The notes under the pieces are model-generated. The model made no database searches. It was not told the DNA's origin and worked only from the letters and a program-made list of their open reading frames with translations. This document shows positions 36,784-50,800 of a DNA stretch of 64,000 nt, one piece after another; position 1 is the stretch's first letter; every line of letters begins with the position of its first letter. The DNA is taken from the NCBI GenBank assembly GCA_001643675.2, contig LSRY02000026.1:248001-312000 (forward strand), given 5' to 3'. Origin of the DNA: Monocercomonoides exilis PA203 (taxonomy: Eukaryota; Protista; Preaxostyla). The position numbers were made by a program, and so were the translations under genes.

Positions 36784-39724
36784 GCCCACCCAGAGCTTTG
36801 CTCTTCCCACCACTCAACATAAAGAAGGAGCAGGTGTAAAAATATAGAGGAACATTCGTGGAACAAGCAAGACAACACAATCACATTTGCAGGATAATGA
36901 GCATGGAACATGGCCTATGACCAGTGTCAAAGCATTAGCCGAAGCCGAAGCCGAAGCCAAACGTGAAGCCAAAGCCTCTCCAATTCTAGGTTCACACGCT
37001 TACACACAAGGGTGACAATCCATCGCAACAGACACCACATTAACACAGCCTCATATTAAGCACAACATATCATTCACATTATAAACTCTATAACGCCTCA
37101 GTGCGCTTTGGTTTTCTGCACAATAAATTTTCTTTTAACTTAAAAATTATTTCACTTCATCCATTTTTGTTTTGTGAACGACGGAGCCCTTAATAAGGCG
37201 CTCTAACTCCCATAAAAGAGAAGTGTCGTAGATTGATTGTTCTTTCCGAAAATATATAAAAAATATCAATAACATTCAGTTAACCTTAATTAAATATTTC
37301 TTCATTTTAATCCTCTTTTCCTCTTTTAGAAAAGTCACATCGTACACTTCGTATATTCAACAAGTTTCTTCCATTTATTTGTTAATGTTCTAGAAGAATA
37401 TTATTTTGTTTCAAATAATTATTATAATTCATTTTCTTAAAATAGAAAAATTTGAGTGTTTTTTTGTGTTTAACAAGTTTTTTCTAAATTTGATTCGATT
37501 TCCATGATTTCAATATTGTTTTTTAATAATATTAACAAAACCTAATTTGTTCTTTTTTATTAACAATAGTATTATTTAACGAAAAAAATTCATTTGATAT
37601 GTTACAAAGAAAATAATAATCTACAAAAAAATTGTTATCCAAGAGAATGAATAAAAACTCTTTTTCATGAATATATAAAAAAATCACAGACACAGCAGAT
37701 TTCTTAACAATTCTCACTCTGCTTCTTCCTCTCCTTCCACTTTATCTTCCACTTTTCCTTTCCCTTCTGCTCTCCTCCCCCCTCCATCTCTTTCTCCTCT
37801 CTCTTCAGACATTTCTGCCTATCCCTTTTCTCTTCCTCCATCACTTCCTTCTTTCTCATTGCTTTGATTAATTTCCTCACCTTTTCTCCGTTTTTCCATT
37901 TTTCTTTCATTGCATTCGTGAATCTCCTTAGCTTCATTACCACTTTCTTTTCCATCTCTGCTTTCAGCACGTTCTCTCTTAGCTTTGCTCTTCCGCCCTG
38001 TCGCTGCTGCCTCCTTGTTCTGCGCTAGAGCACTCAGCAGCAACCTTCCCTCTGCCTCCTCTGCCCCATCCAGCAGCATCCACAAAAACACAGACTCCTA
38101 TTTTTCTCGGTTCTGCCCCAGTACTTCTTCCCCGACTCCACCAGATGCAGTAGCTGTTCATAGCACCACACAACCACCACCATCCACGCGCCACTCATCC
38201 CAATAAACAGGATGATAGGCAACCCACACCACTCATGCAGACTCAACCTCCTGCCTGCACCTTCCACTTTCCCCTCCAGCATAATCGCTGATGCCTCATG
38301 AAACTTTCATTCTTCCTCTTTCTCCTCCTCTGCCTTCCCTTCTTCACCTTTTCCTCCAGCCCGCTTCACCACCTCCTTTTCTGCTTCGCTCTTTCCTATC
38401 ACATCATGCACTATCCTCCTGTTTCCCTGACTCTCTGTGATCCACCTTGCCTGATCGAAACGATGTGTCACAATCCACTCTCCGCTATTTTCTCCACACA
38501 CAGGTATTAGGAAGGAAAAACAGCACAGCGCAGCTCCCTCCATAAGAACTCAAGCTGTATATTCCCACCACTGATCTATCCGACAGCTCTGTACGGTCAG
38601 ACTGAAAACATCGGTTTCCCCCACACTCTTCCTCTACACACGCACTCTCACCACCTAATCGAAACCGACTCGCTCTTGCTCTGCTCTGTCCCAATCAAAG
38701 CACACTCCTCAGCCACCAATAATAGCTTCTTTTGCTTTCCCGGCATCCAGCTCCCAATCGTAAATATCAGAGGACACAGCACCGTTAGATACGTCTTCTC
38801 CACATCGTTGTCCAGATGCTCCGCAGCAAATGCCAGCGCCTTGCACGCTTACCGCTTGTCCTGATCCCAGCCAAAGAAGATGAAAACTCCACCTTCAACC
38901 GAACAAACATCCGCTTCTTGCACTTAGACTCTTATCTCCAACAACTGTTTATGTTTTAACTAGCATTTCATATGTTTGTAACAGCTTTTTGTGAAAAACA
39001 AGCTCTAATAATTTGAATGAATGAAAAAAATATAAGAAAAATTAAGAAAAAAATAAAATATATTTTTCAAACATCAATTGGATGACTTTGTGAATTTGAA
39101 AACTAAATAAAAGAATATTTAACATATGAAAAAACACAAACATTTGAAAAAATGCCTTATTGACTTGAATTACGTCAGTGACAGACAGTGACATTAGTGC
39201 CGTGGTATTTATACTTTAAAAAATTGATCACGACACAACCCATAGTTTCTAAAATAATAGAAAATTATTTATTGAAAATTTTTCAATAATAATTATTATA
39301 AATTCCAATGAAGCAAAAAATCAATTGTTAAAAAAATTCAATTTTTGAATGCTTTTTCTTTTTTGATGAAAAAGAAAATTTTAAAAAAATAATTGAATTT
39401 AATTTTTTCCGGTCACGTCACGTCACTCAAAAAATGTTCACATCAGAAGGCATGTGACGCAGATGTTTACCATATATAATTTTAATTCGAAAAAAAAAAG
39501 TATTTCAATTTCGAAAATTAATAGATATTTTACGGCAACTATCTGTATTTAGCAAAATGCTTAGTTGTTACGAAAAATCAAGACTTGTTACGGATAAATT
39601 ACACTTGTTACGGAAAAAACACATTCTTTCAGACAAAGATTTTATATTTAAAAGGAAACACGATTTATGTGTACTTTGAGACACTTGTGTTTCAATTTAT
39701 TAGACTGATAAATTTTTATTAAAG

Positions 39725-40350
39725 ATGAGTTATTTAACGTTCGTTGATCCTTTTATTATGTATGCATCATTTTTTGTGAACGAAAAACAAAACATTATTT
39801 TTATTTTTTTAATTTGTGAATTTATTTTTCATATTGAAACACAAAAACTGATTGTTGAAGCTCCCAATTTAGAAATGCAGACATTCAACATGAAAATTGC
39901 ACTAGTGGAATACTATATTCACAAACATCATCGTCGTTTTCAGAAACAGTTTCTTCTTTGAATTCATGAAAGACTTCTGTTAACTCCAGTCAAGCAAGCA
40001 GCAACTTAATGAATAGACAAAAGAATGGCCTGAATGAATGTGTTACTCGATGAAAAATAATGACGAATTGAGGATATCTGGGGGTTGTGGAAGGTTTTTT
40101 TGTCATAACTCCGATAAAAAATACCAAAGCCAAGTAGAAAAGGAATTAAATGCGAGACCTGCAAAATAACGAATTCCAGTAGAATGGTTTTTTGACAGGA
40201 TGAAACGGCTGTGGAAACAATGTGTGAACAAATATCGTCACGGGCTGGATGATGCGAATTTTTATGAAGAAATTGCTGTACGGCTCACAAATCACAATAT
40301 TCAGTCGAACTATCTCACAGAAGATGATGGGAAGTTTGAGAAGCAATGAC
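39725..40350 (+). pseudogene. Relic PIF/Harbinger (ISL2EU-type, DDE_Tnp_4-like) transposase
   Basis: Across frames: YYIHKHH..QKQ, NVLLD, VITPIK, ELNARPAK*RIPVEWFFDRMKRLWK..KYRH...IAVRLTNHNI...LTEDDG. Confidence 0.6.
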
Positions 40351-40863
40351 TTATTTTTAATCAAGATGAAGTGGAAAAGCAAACAGAAAAAAGGCGCTAA
40401 TCAAAGTTAATGTTCAGAGAGAAAATGAAAAGAAAACGAAAATCAATGCACGATGAAGAAATACATATGGAGAATTCAAAACAACGGAAAATTGCAAATG
40501 ACGAGATCAATAAAGAAGCAGAAGGCAACAAAGAATAACTACTTAGCGATTTGCACTTTTTTTGTTCAGTTTTCCGAATTCTTGTTTCTATTTTAAGTTT
40601 TTTGCCTTCCAGTTTTTCATCACTTTCACTACAAATAAAAATAACAAATAAAAAGTTGTTTCAGTTCAAAATTAAAATAACTCGGAAAGAAAGAAATACC
40701 AAACTAGAGTTAGAGGTTTTGCAACGCAGTCCTGTCTTTCCGATTTGTTCTGCTTATACAGATATTCAGCCTTTTCTTTAACATGTAAATAACTTATTTC
40801 ATTCTTAAACCTGTCATTAGTTGTCAAGCTGCTGCAAAACAAAATGGACGTCCATTTTTCGTT

Positions 40864-42153
40864 ATGATATCTTATATCAATTTTGCTACCAACAATAGAT
40901 CTGATTCTGAAGTCTGTGATAGAACTCAACAAACCCCATGTACCACAGCGGAGTATGCCCTCAACGGCTTCATTTCCCTCCTTCAAGATGCGTCTCTTAC
41001 TCTCCTCAGCTCAACATTTGTCCCCAATCAAACTCTAACCTTCATCGCGTCTGATATAAAAATCACTGGCAATGGCACAACTGCCACCACCATCGCCTCC
41101 AGTGGCATTCCCCAACCAGCTTCTTCTTCATTTTCATCAATATCAACATCTTCTTCTTCACCAGATCCATCTGCCTCGTCTGCCCTCTTCCAACAGACCC
41201 AGGGCTCCCTCACAGTCTCTGCCCTCACCATCGCCCACAACTCCTCTAACCAAATCACCCCCATCCTCTTCCACCTCTCCAACGACTCCCCTTCCCTCAA
41301 CCTCAACACAACCACAATCACCGGAACAACCTCCATAACAATAAAATCTCCCCTCTTCTTCCTCACTGCTGGCTCCCTCGCCCTCAACCACACAGCAATC
41401 ACCAGTCTCACCCTCAACAGCCAAAGCATCTTCCACCTCACCTCTCTCTCCGCTCCCCTCACTCTCAACTCCTCCAACATCACCCACATCACCTCCACTG
41501 CCACCCCCACCAGCTGTGTCCTCTCCTCTGCCACCTCCCCTACCCTCTCCCTCTCCCTCGCCAACTGCACCATCACCAACATCAACTCAGAACAGTTCAG
41601 CCAACAGACTGCCACCAATGGCGGGTGCATCTCATTCGCCTCATCTGCCTCTGCAAACACATTTTCTGTGAGTGATTCCACCTTCTCCAGCTGCTCTGTG
41701 AGCGAGGATACAAGTTCTGGAGGAAGAGGCGGTGCTCTCATGATCGAGTACAAGGATGATTCGCAAGTGTCATCCACAACCTTTTCCATCACCAATATCG
41801 TGTTTTCAGGAAACAAGGCCAGTGTCGGAAGAGATGTGTATTTTGTGTGTGAATCATTTGTCGCTTCTGTGAAGGAACCCTTGTTCGCCTTCATGAGAAG
41901 CATCACTCAGAAAGACAATTCGGCTGTTGGACATGACAGAACAGAAGCATTCGGTGATTGGAATGTCGATTTGTTTATATTTCTCAACGGGCATACAGCT
42001 GACAATGAATACGTGGAAAGAATACTTGGTATCAAGGAAGTGAATTGCGAGTTGGAAAAGACTCCCTACAAGAGCACACACAATGCGATGGGGCTTCTGA
42101 AGAAGGTGCAGATCATAAGGCAGAAATCATTTCATGAGCTGGCTTGTCGGTGA
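40864..42153 (+). CDS. Ser/Thr-rich beta-helix/pectin-lyase-like surface protein (probably truncated)
   Basis: 429-aa ORF with C..PC.T, NGGCI, GRGGAL and FSGNKASVGRDVY motifs typical of GGAI/FxxN beta-helix repeats. Confidence 0.65.
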   Translation: MISYINFATNNRSDSEVCDRTQQTPCTTAEYALNGFISLLQDASLTLLSSTFVPNQTLTFIASDIKITGNGTTATTIASSGIPQPASSSFSSISTSSSSPDPSASSALFQQTQGSLTVSALTIAHNSSNQITPILFHLSNDSPSLNLNTTTITGTTSITIKSPLFFLTAGSLALNHTAITSLTLNSQSIFHLTSLSAPLTLNSSNITHITSTATPTSCVLSSATSPTLSLSLANCTITNINSEQFSQQTATNGGCISFASSASANTFSVSDSTFSSCSVSEDTSSGGRGGALMIEYKDDSQVSSTTFSITNIVFSGNKASVGRDVYFVCESFVASVKEPLFAFMRSITQKDNSAVGHDRTEAFGDWNVDLFIFLNGHTADNEYVERILGIKEVNCELEKTPYKSTHNAMGLLKKVQIIRQKSFHELACR

Positions 42154-45100
42154 ATTTATGTGTAAATGAAGACAAAGTCGAAGATATTTGAAGAGAAGGC
42201 ACACAAAATAGAAGAAAACATCTCACATGTGCATTTGATTGATTAATCACCATATATCTTCTGTAAATTCTGTTGTTTCATAGAATTATCCATTAAATAT
42301 GCCTTTTCAAATAAATAAGGTTCCCTCATCGTTTCACCTTCTCCGACATGTTGAAGGCGTGTGACGTTGTGTAACCTGCCGAACACTATTTTTGAACTCA
42401 TTCATTTCATAAAAGAATTGCTCTAATACTCTTTCTTTTTTATCTGCGCCTCTTTCAGCTTCCAAATAAAAAAGGCAAAATCGTACTCCTTTTTTATTTT
42501 ACCATGCTAATCGGCTATTCTCCACAAATAGTAACTTTCTTCTCGTTGGCTCATATTTTCAGCTGATATTCTGTTATAGAATAAATATTCGTTTTGTGCT
42601 TCTGGATAGAAATGAAAGACGAGGCATGACGTTGAATTTGGCTGGAGTTGAATGAAGTGGAAATATAAATATTTTTGTTGATCATCGAAGAAGGCGTTGA
42701 AGAAGAAGAAATAGAATGAAATGAATTCATCTTGATGGCTTTTTATTTCCAATATAATGAATAAAGATATTATTCATTCAACGATTGATATATTGAGGCG
42801 AAGAAATGAGAATGATTTATTTTTTGTTCAGTTTATATGCACTGAAGAATTGAATGGAATAAATGCATCAGAATGTCCATGGACTGATCCAACGCCATCG
42901 GAAAATTTACAGTTAAGAGGAAGTAGAAGAAGACAACGAAGAAGAAGAAAAGGAAGAAAAAGGAAGGAAGGAAGGAAGGAAGAAGAAGAAGAAGAAGAAG
43001 AAGAAGAAGAAGAAGGAAATTCGAGTGTATTGGTGGAAGGTTGAGGAGAAGAGGCTAAAGATCCAAAGCAAACAGCAAGAGGAGAGCGAGGTGAGGTAAA
43101 TAAAGAGAAGTTGGATGTTTGATAGAGAGAAGAAGGAAGAGAAGAAAAAGAAGAAGAAGGTGATAGAATATTGACAGGAAGAGAAGGAGAAGAATCTTTT
43201 GCAGAAGGGCAGCTGAATGAATCGTGAGCAGACGATTCAGATGAAGCAACAGGAGTGGAAGGCAAAGAGGCAGTTGAATCAATTGGAAGAGTTGAACTGT
43301 TCAAAGAAGAAGAAGAAAAAGAGGATGCTGTTGAATCAGATGATGTTGAAGAAGGACGTGGTTGTGAAGGTGAAGGAGAAAGTGAAAGATGATTTGACGA
43401 AAGAGAAGAAGGCGAAACTTGTGCGATCTGAATGACCGGTTAAGGAGATGACTGAACAGAAGAAGAAGAAGAAGAAGGCGATTATGAAGTTAATGCTGAA
43501 TGATCAGATTTCAACACAATGACTGTTTTCGAAAATAAAATTCTTTCAACAGAAGATATGAAGAAAGAACGAAAGAAGAAGGGGCATTTGAGAGAAAATT
43601 GGAATGAAATGAGTTCAATTGTTCTCTTTGGACGAGCTGGGCGACAAAGGCGAGCAAGAATCATCTGAAGAAAATACAGACAAAATGAGCAGATTCCAAT
43701 TTCATTACAGCCAACAGCGGCAACAGAAAGTAGTTTCATTGTGTGTTGCAACACAAGAATTTGTTGGCTATTCAAACAACAAATTCTCAAATACAAAGAA
43801 GGCCTTCTTTCCATCAGCTAAGTTTAAAAAATCTCGTCAAAGAAAATATTGAAGGAGAAAAAGAAGAAACCAGATAATTAGCAAAAATGCTGCTTGATAT
43901 GGATTGTCTCTGAGAATAACGTTCAACATATAAAATAATGTTGGCTGGAATGGAAAAAAGATATCAAAAGGATTTGAAAATTATTAGTCTTACACTGATT
44001 TAATAAATTCCTAAAAAGAACACACCTCATATTCCAGTCTCAAATGCAGAGGAATGTTCAATCACTGATGCTGTTAATCTCCATTTCCACTCCTTCGCAT
44101 CGCTTCTTTCTTCGTAGTCCTTTTTTCCCAATAAAAACTTAATTTTCAATGTTGCATCCACTTCCTTTTTCAAGAAAATAATATTTCTGCTATTTTGCCC
44201 GAATGCTGCCTTTTGTTTGCATTCTTCTTTGCTGAAAAAAGCTTTCTGTTTGAATCAATAGAAAAACAATAAATGTTATATTCGATCATGTTTCGAATTG
44301 TTTTGAAAAACACTTTTTTCATTTTTTTCACACTAGCTTGTGACCCAGGATTTAATTTTTCATCCTTTTACCGGGTTTGATAAAGCTTTTTACGAGAAAG
44401 ACAGACTTATAACGGGCTTTTCATGGTTTATCAGTAAAAAAATTATTTTTATCGAAAGAATGAGTAATTACAGGAACAACATAGATGTTTCGTCGAACAA
44501 GTTGAAATATTTGTAACAACTTGTTTGTATCCAGTATTTATAATTTTTTACAAAACAACTCAAAGTTATGGTAAAATATCTAATAACTCAAATTCGGAAT
44601 TAATAATTCGAAATCAAAAATTAATAATTTGAATTCGGAAATAAATAATTCAATTTTGAAATTTTTTATAAACTGAAATTTTTAATTTTTCTCGAGAATG
44701 GATTTCAGAAAAGTTCAAGTTATTTTTTAACCAATCAAATTTTATTACTCATAGAAAACTGTTTTTTTTATTGCAACTATCAATAAATCAATTTTTTTTA
44801 AAAAAAAATTTTTTTTTTTTTTTTTCGAAAATCATCACTCAAATAATAGATGAATTGTGAATAGAATTTTTTTATTTGAATAAATTCAACTTATTTGAAT
44901 GGACTGGGTTTTTCTTAAATGAAGTCATGTTATTTAAGATGGTTGAAGTGACACTTGAATAAAGTGCGATACACTTAAATAAATAATTCATGAAAAAATA
45001 GTGAACACTTATTGTAATATTTTTGTGGTTTATCTTTCACTTTATCAACAAAAAAATTGAAAAATCTTAATAACTGAGATTTTTCTTTTTTTTAAAAAAA

Positions 45101-45299
45101 TTTCAGATATATTTAAAGATGATTTTATTAGATAAAAAGAGCTAGAAATGTATGCAAATATCATTTTCTTATCATTCTTTTTTACTGTTTTTTCTCATTA
45201 ACAAAAAAGGTGATCATCAAATAATTTTATATCAAAAACAAAAATTTGTTTCTTTTGATGTTCACGGAGTAATTCTCAACAAACAAAGCATATGTTTCT

Positions 45300-48200
45300 G
45301 AAGCACTCAGTCGAATCGACAGATTGATGCAGCTTTCATCTTTGCTACTTTCTCCGTAAAGTTGATATATTCTATTTTCGTTTATCGATTTATTTCACAA
45401 AACCTCTCAATATTCTTCTTCACTGCATTCTTCTCCTCTCTCCTCCAATGAGCATCAAATGATGTCTATGTCATTATCATCTCAACTTCCTTTGGATTTT
45501 TCTTTATTATATCGTTAAAAATCTCCTTGTATTTTCTAGCTTCTTCTTTAACCATTCTTATCGAATGGTGGCAATGAAAAATGCAATCAGAACAATTAAT
45601 AATGTCACAACGAATAAAACTTTAACAACCAATGTCATCATTGATTTTCCAACCTTTCCTCCTTCAACAATTCTTTCTTCGCCTTTTGATTGATGTTTTC
45701 TTCTGTTCTTCAGAATGAATGAATCAGTTGAGGCTGGAGATTCAGACCTTCCAAATAAGATCTTCACGGACACTTGTTGCCTCAGATGCAGTTGTAACAA
45801 TTGATGCTGGAATGGCTGTGTGAATCTCTGTTTCGCCTGCAAACTCTTCTGCTTGCAGCGGATACGACTGGAGATTGTGAACCGAACCATCGAATAAGTC
45901 AACGTGGAGAGCCAAGCCACAGGGCAGGAGCAAGGAGCCAGCAAGATCAATGGCAAGGTTACTGCCTTGCTGATGAGACTCCACTGAAGCCAGCTGCGGA
46001 ATGAAGAATGGAGAGACTCTTTCTGAAGCAATTCCAGAAAGACTGCATCCCAAGTTCAAAAACCAAAGTGATGAGTTCTCTTTTAAGCCATTTCCGCCTT
46101 TCAGGCTTTGAATGAACAGTAATGCATGGCCAGAGTAAGCGGTGCTACTCCTTACGGATAGATGGCCAGCTTCGTTCGGGCTGTAATTAGCAAACAATAT
46201 AAATAGCGTGGAGATGCTTCCACCAGAGATCGACAGTCATCTCTTGGAAAAATTGGTTATTGTGGTGTCTTTAATTGCTACCGAGCAATTGAGAAGATCA
46301 ACCATCGATCCACTCCACTGGTGTAGCTCTTCTGATCGCTTGTCGTTCGTTCTCAGCTCTGACGCGCTTGCTGCTCCGTCGAATACGCACAAAGACATGC
46401 AAGTATCTGTCAAATCTGTCAACGCCGCAATGCAACATTTTTTATATTAAGAAGCACACATTTTGTTCGATCATTTCTTCAACTCCAGCAACAAAGACAA
46501 AGATGAGACAGCCAAACAGTACGGGCCAAGCGAATCTCGGGTTATGTTTTGTAATGAAGAGTGTTTCAAGTGGAATGCCGAAACATTCTATGTCACGCTC
46601 ACTGCGCACCCATCCCCAAGCACTGTGTTTGAAATAGCCAAGAAATTCATCTCAATATCTGTATCTTGGCATTCAACAGAAACCAACGATTCACTTGAAA
46701 CGCGAGTGTCATCGAATTCCAAATGAATGCCCTGGATGCTTGAATGCCCTCCCGAACCATCTGAGGAAAACACAATCATGTTTGATCCGCTCTGAGTGCC
46801 TCTCATCTGAATGTTCTGGAGCTGGCTGTCTTTGCAGTTGCGAAGAATGAGAGCAGATTAATAAAATTTGCAGCTTGAAATAAACATCTGCTGAAAGGAC
46901 AGCTATGCCAGTCGTGAAAAACCATCAGCACACCAGATATAACATCTGTGAAATTCAGAAATGCACACGAGAAATATTGCCCACAACTTGCTGCCAGACA
47001 TGAAGTACTAAGACAGAGGCCAGTAAAACAAAAGAAAGACATCAACAATCTTCTTCCGCTCATTTCAACAATTGAGCAATTCAGTTCAATTTCAGAGTTT
47101 CTGCTCGAATCTTCATAAGTTTTTTTGTATCGTCAATCAACAAGTTGACATCAGCAAGCGACAGCAACCTAAAATGCGGAGAAGAAAAAGCGCTTCAAAA
47201 TGAAAACGTCAGAAATTTCATTTTCACTATCGACGAATACGAAATGAGACTTCCCATCTTGCTTTCGATGATGAGGTTCATTAGAATATTCCCTCTTACA
47301 CATTCCGGATCCAGAGACTTGATCGAGACATCGCAAGCACTTGTTTCCCATACCACCACACCAGTTTGTCGATCAGCAAATTGCTGTAAACTGAAGGAAT
47401 GAAGTGGGGCAGCGCAACATTCAACGAAATGCATGGTTCGCTCATTGCACCACACTGGCGCGTGTCAGAGGCATTGCCGGTTAAAGAAGAGGCAAATATT
47501 GTCTCGCTCTGATTTTCAATCACTAGGAGAAGTAAATCTTGCTCGTCAGCATAGTGTTTTGCAGTGCATCCCCAAATGGAGAGCACCTGATAGTATGGTG
47601 GCCTGAAGTCCAGTTGGAAGAGCTCGCTCCTTATTTGGGATTTTATGTTGGAGCATCTCACATACACGTCTCTTCCTCTGAAAGCCTTGTTCTCCAAGAA
47701 TGTGATATTTTTGAAGAAAAAAGGCAGTGTTCTATATCTTGCAATTGATGAGCAATCTTGGAATATTGCGCCTCCCCTTCCTGTTGCTGAGCAAAAACAT
47801 CCTGAGATTGTGGGAAAACAGCACTCAAAAACCCCCTTTTCGCTCAATTTCATAATCATTCCTCCGCCGCTCTCGCTCTGGCTGCTTTCACAATTCTTGA
47901 TCGTTGTGTTTTGCACGGACACGTTGTAAAGCTCGATACCACTGCAACTGATGATAGAGGGATCAGATGGAGCATTTTGGAGAAGTGAATGGAGCGTGCA
48001 GCATTTCAGGTGCACTATTGGACTGTCACCTTCATTCATTTCTTGTGTCCCGTCTTGCATTTCCGTTAGTACCAACACAGCTTCAATGCTTCTAAACATC
48101 AGCTCCATATTGCTCATCGAGACATTTTTCAAGTAAACGGTGCTGCCTACTGATTCCATCAGAATGTGACTTTTGTTTTGATGGCTTGATTGAGCAGAGT

Positions 48201-48303
48201 AGAATTTCGCATGTTCCAGACAGGCAGACAACAATGAAACAAGAAATGCTTGTGTGAGAAGCTCGTCCAAATCGAAAGAGAAAAGAAGTTGAACTTTATT
48301 CAT
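45300..48303 (-). pseudogene. Decayed beta-helix receptor-like surface protein with C-terminal transmembrane segment
   Basis: 335-aa ORF 47296-48303 (SGGGM, GRGGAIF, FLENKAFRGRDVY, CG..SEPC.SL) followed by broken ORFs; TM-like LVVKVLFVVTLLIVLIAFFI near 45570-45640. Confidence 0.65.
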
Positions 48304-49365
48304 TATTCAATGAAATAATGAAGACTCATAAATTTGTTTTTTTATCTTTTTTAAAAAAATTATATCAATTTCAAATATTATCCGATAATTTTTTTCAAGT
48401 CCTTTAATGTTTTCGAATCAATTAAAGTTCAAAAACAAGTTGTTTATGTATGTGTTGATGCAATCCATTTTATAAATCTGAATAATTTCAATTCACTTAT
48501 TTTGCGCAAATAAAATGTTTCTTTTCATTTCACAATTCATGGAATTCTTCTTTTCATCAATTTTTAAAACTGTTAAAGCATGTGGATTACATTCACAAAA
48601 GGTTTAACAATCAAAGAATGTGATGTTGGTGCGTTTTTTATTATATATTGGTGACAAAGAATTTTTTCAGTTTTTAAAATATTTTGATCCTTTTGATCTT
48701 TGAAGGAATTTGTCGAAAACAACAAAAATCATTTCCAAAATAACATAATTATTATGCAAATAATATTTGAAAGTTTTTGCATTCAATTTTATAGACATTA
48801 AAAATATTTGTTTTTTAAATTAATTTTCGTAACTCAAATGAACTCGGTTTATTCAAATGAACTTGATCTATTCGAATAAACATGAGTTCATTTGAATAAG
48901 CCTGGTTTATTTGAATAAAAAAGATCTATTCAAAATTCATCTAATAATAATTTTATAAAAATTCATTCTATTGAATAACAAAATATAAATAGAAAAATAT
49001 CAATCACGATTATTGAATTGTTTCTTCACAATAATGTCATTGTTTCATTGGCAAATTTTTGAATAATATCGGTTTTAAACAAAGCCTGGGTGACGGATCG
49101 AAAAATCGATAATTACGTCAGTCAGCAAAAATTTTTCACGTCGAAATGGTTTTTTTTTTAAAAAAGAAAGTGGAGAATCAATTCCTTCTCTTTTTGAGAG
49201 ACGCCACAATCTATGGGTCAGTCGCCCATTTGTGTGTTTTGGTGAATTGGATAAAAACCGCTTTGCGCTTACAAAACCAAAAAGCGCAAAGAGAAGGAAC
49301 TACAAAAAACACGAACAGTTTTGAAAACAGAACTTCAAAGGGTGGGAGTGAAAACGGTGGTGGGC

Positions 49366-49466
49366 AAAGAGAAGGAATTGATTCTCCACTTTCTTTTTTA
49401 ATTAAAGTGCATAAGCACCTTAATTATCAAGAAAGTGTTTCATCAATTCCTTCTCTTTTTGAGAGA
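49366..49466. repeat. ICR of DIRS element B
   Basis: Joins a copy of the right-end extension to a copy of the left-ITR start, as expected for the DIRS circle junction. Confidence 0.9.
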
Positions 49467-49471
49467 ATCAA

Positions 49472-50800
49472 TTAGTTGGATGATGAAGCCATCATAACTA
49501 CCACAGTGTGCGTCTTCTTTGCGTTGTTGCTCTCTTCCTCCTTTTTTGCTTGTGATCTTGTTCGAATAATGAATTGTTCTCCAAGTGACTTCCGTTCCTC
49601 CATCTCCTCATCAGGCTCATCCACTCTGGAAGGGAATTTAACAGTATCTTTAGCCTTTTCCTCACTCAAACATGGCTTCATCAGGCGCTTCTTGTCCCTC
49701 AGTACCATCCCAGATTCCATTGCTCGTCTATCATTATTGTTCCTCTGGTCTCTTTCTGGACTGGCGTACGCATTGCCACCATCTTCGGCACACGGATTGT
49801 TTGCTGACTCTTCACTGGGAGCATTCATAGTTGAGGCAATCACTTTCCCCAATGTTGATGCAAGATTTGCCTTCACATAATGCTTCACCAAAATGTCTGT
49901 TCTAGGGGTTAAGTGGGCAAACTTCGCAATCTGAGTTGGTGGAATTCCTGACATCGTTAGCGTTGAAAGCATTGCAGCCTTTATTGAATAAGGAGTAAAA
50001 TGTCCTGGAATTCCTGCTTCCTTCAACGTCTCCTTTGCCAATCGTCTAATTCCTTCCACTGTAAGAGGATGAAAAGTTTCGGTATTTAGAAACAATTTAT
50101 TTCCATCTGGTTTTCTTTTCTTTATCTCTTCCCACAAAACCTGAATGGCCGAAGCTGGGCAAATTGTCGTGTTTTCATTTTAAAAAGAAACGGCAATCTC
50201 TGTTCGATTAAGCGATGTTTTGAGCCTTGTGTCCAGGTATATTCCTTCATGCTCGAATCTTGATCTTTCCATATCTACTCTTTCCAACTCTGTAAACCTG
50301 CACGCAGTGAATAGCATGGTGAGCACAATGGCTTTCATTGTCAGATGTTTGAAACTCAAGCTTTGATTTTCTCCAAGATTAGAAAAGAATGTCAGAATGG
50401 TCTTCGGATTCCAAATTTCTTGGACCTTCTTTTTTCTTGACCTCTCTGTTCTTCTAAACCCTTAAAACAATATTTTTATTATCGGAATATCCCCTAAATT
50501 TGTGTTGTAAACCAAGCTTGTGAAAAATGAAACTGCTGAGCGGATGAGTTGCAAACATGACAGCCTCATTCCATTGTCTCTAAGGGTAATAAATATACTG
50601 GAACATCGAGCTGCCCATTCATGAATATCCTCTGGAATTATGCCCATATCACTCTTTTCCCACTGTTCTCCAAAGTGTGCGAAGCCGAATAAATATCCAA
50701 CCCACGTCGACTGAGCAATTCCCGATATGCACTCCTCTGCCAATGAAACTGGGAAAGATCTATCTTCCAACGCCCTTCTCCACCAGCTCTCGCCTTTCTC
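49472..50800 (-). pseudogene. DIRS tyrosine recombinase (TAA at 50462, frameshift near 50180)
   Basis: STWVGY, IRSAVS, TACRFTEL, KT, ICP, YSIKAA, KHY. Confidence 0.85.

Larger units (their letters stand above)
32909..37250 (+). mobile_element. DIRS1-like tyrosine-recombinase retrotransposon A (decayed, left ITR not found)
   Basis: Gene order gag, RT, RNase H, methyltransferase, YR; internal complementary region and right terminal repeat present. Confidence 0.9.

Noticed and set aside
41028-41906. 292-aa antisense ORF (also 28481-28915, 51590-52066, 58185-59141)
   Set aside because: Shadow frames of biased-codon genes on the opposite strand.
44580-44665. ~21-bp periodic repeats resembling a CRISPR array
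   Set aside because: Degenerate AT-rich tandem units with no unique spacers, no cas genes, and a eukaryotic context.
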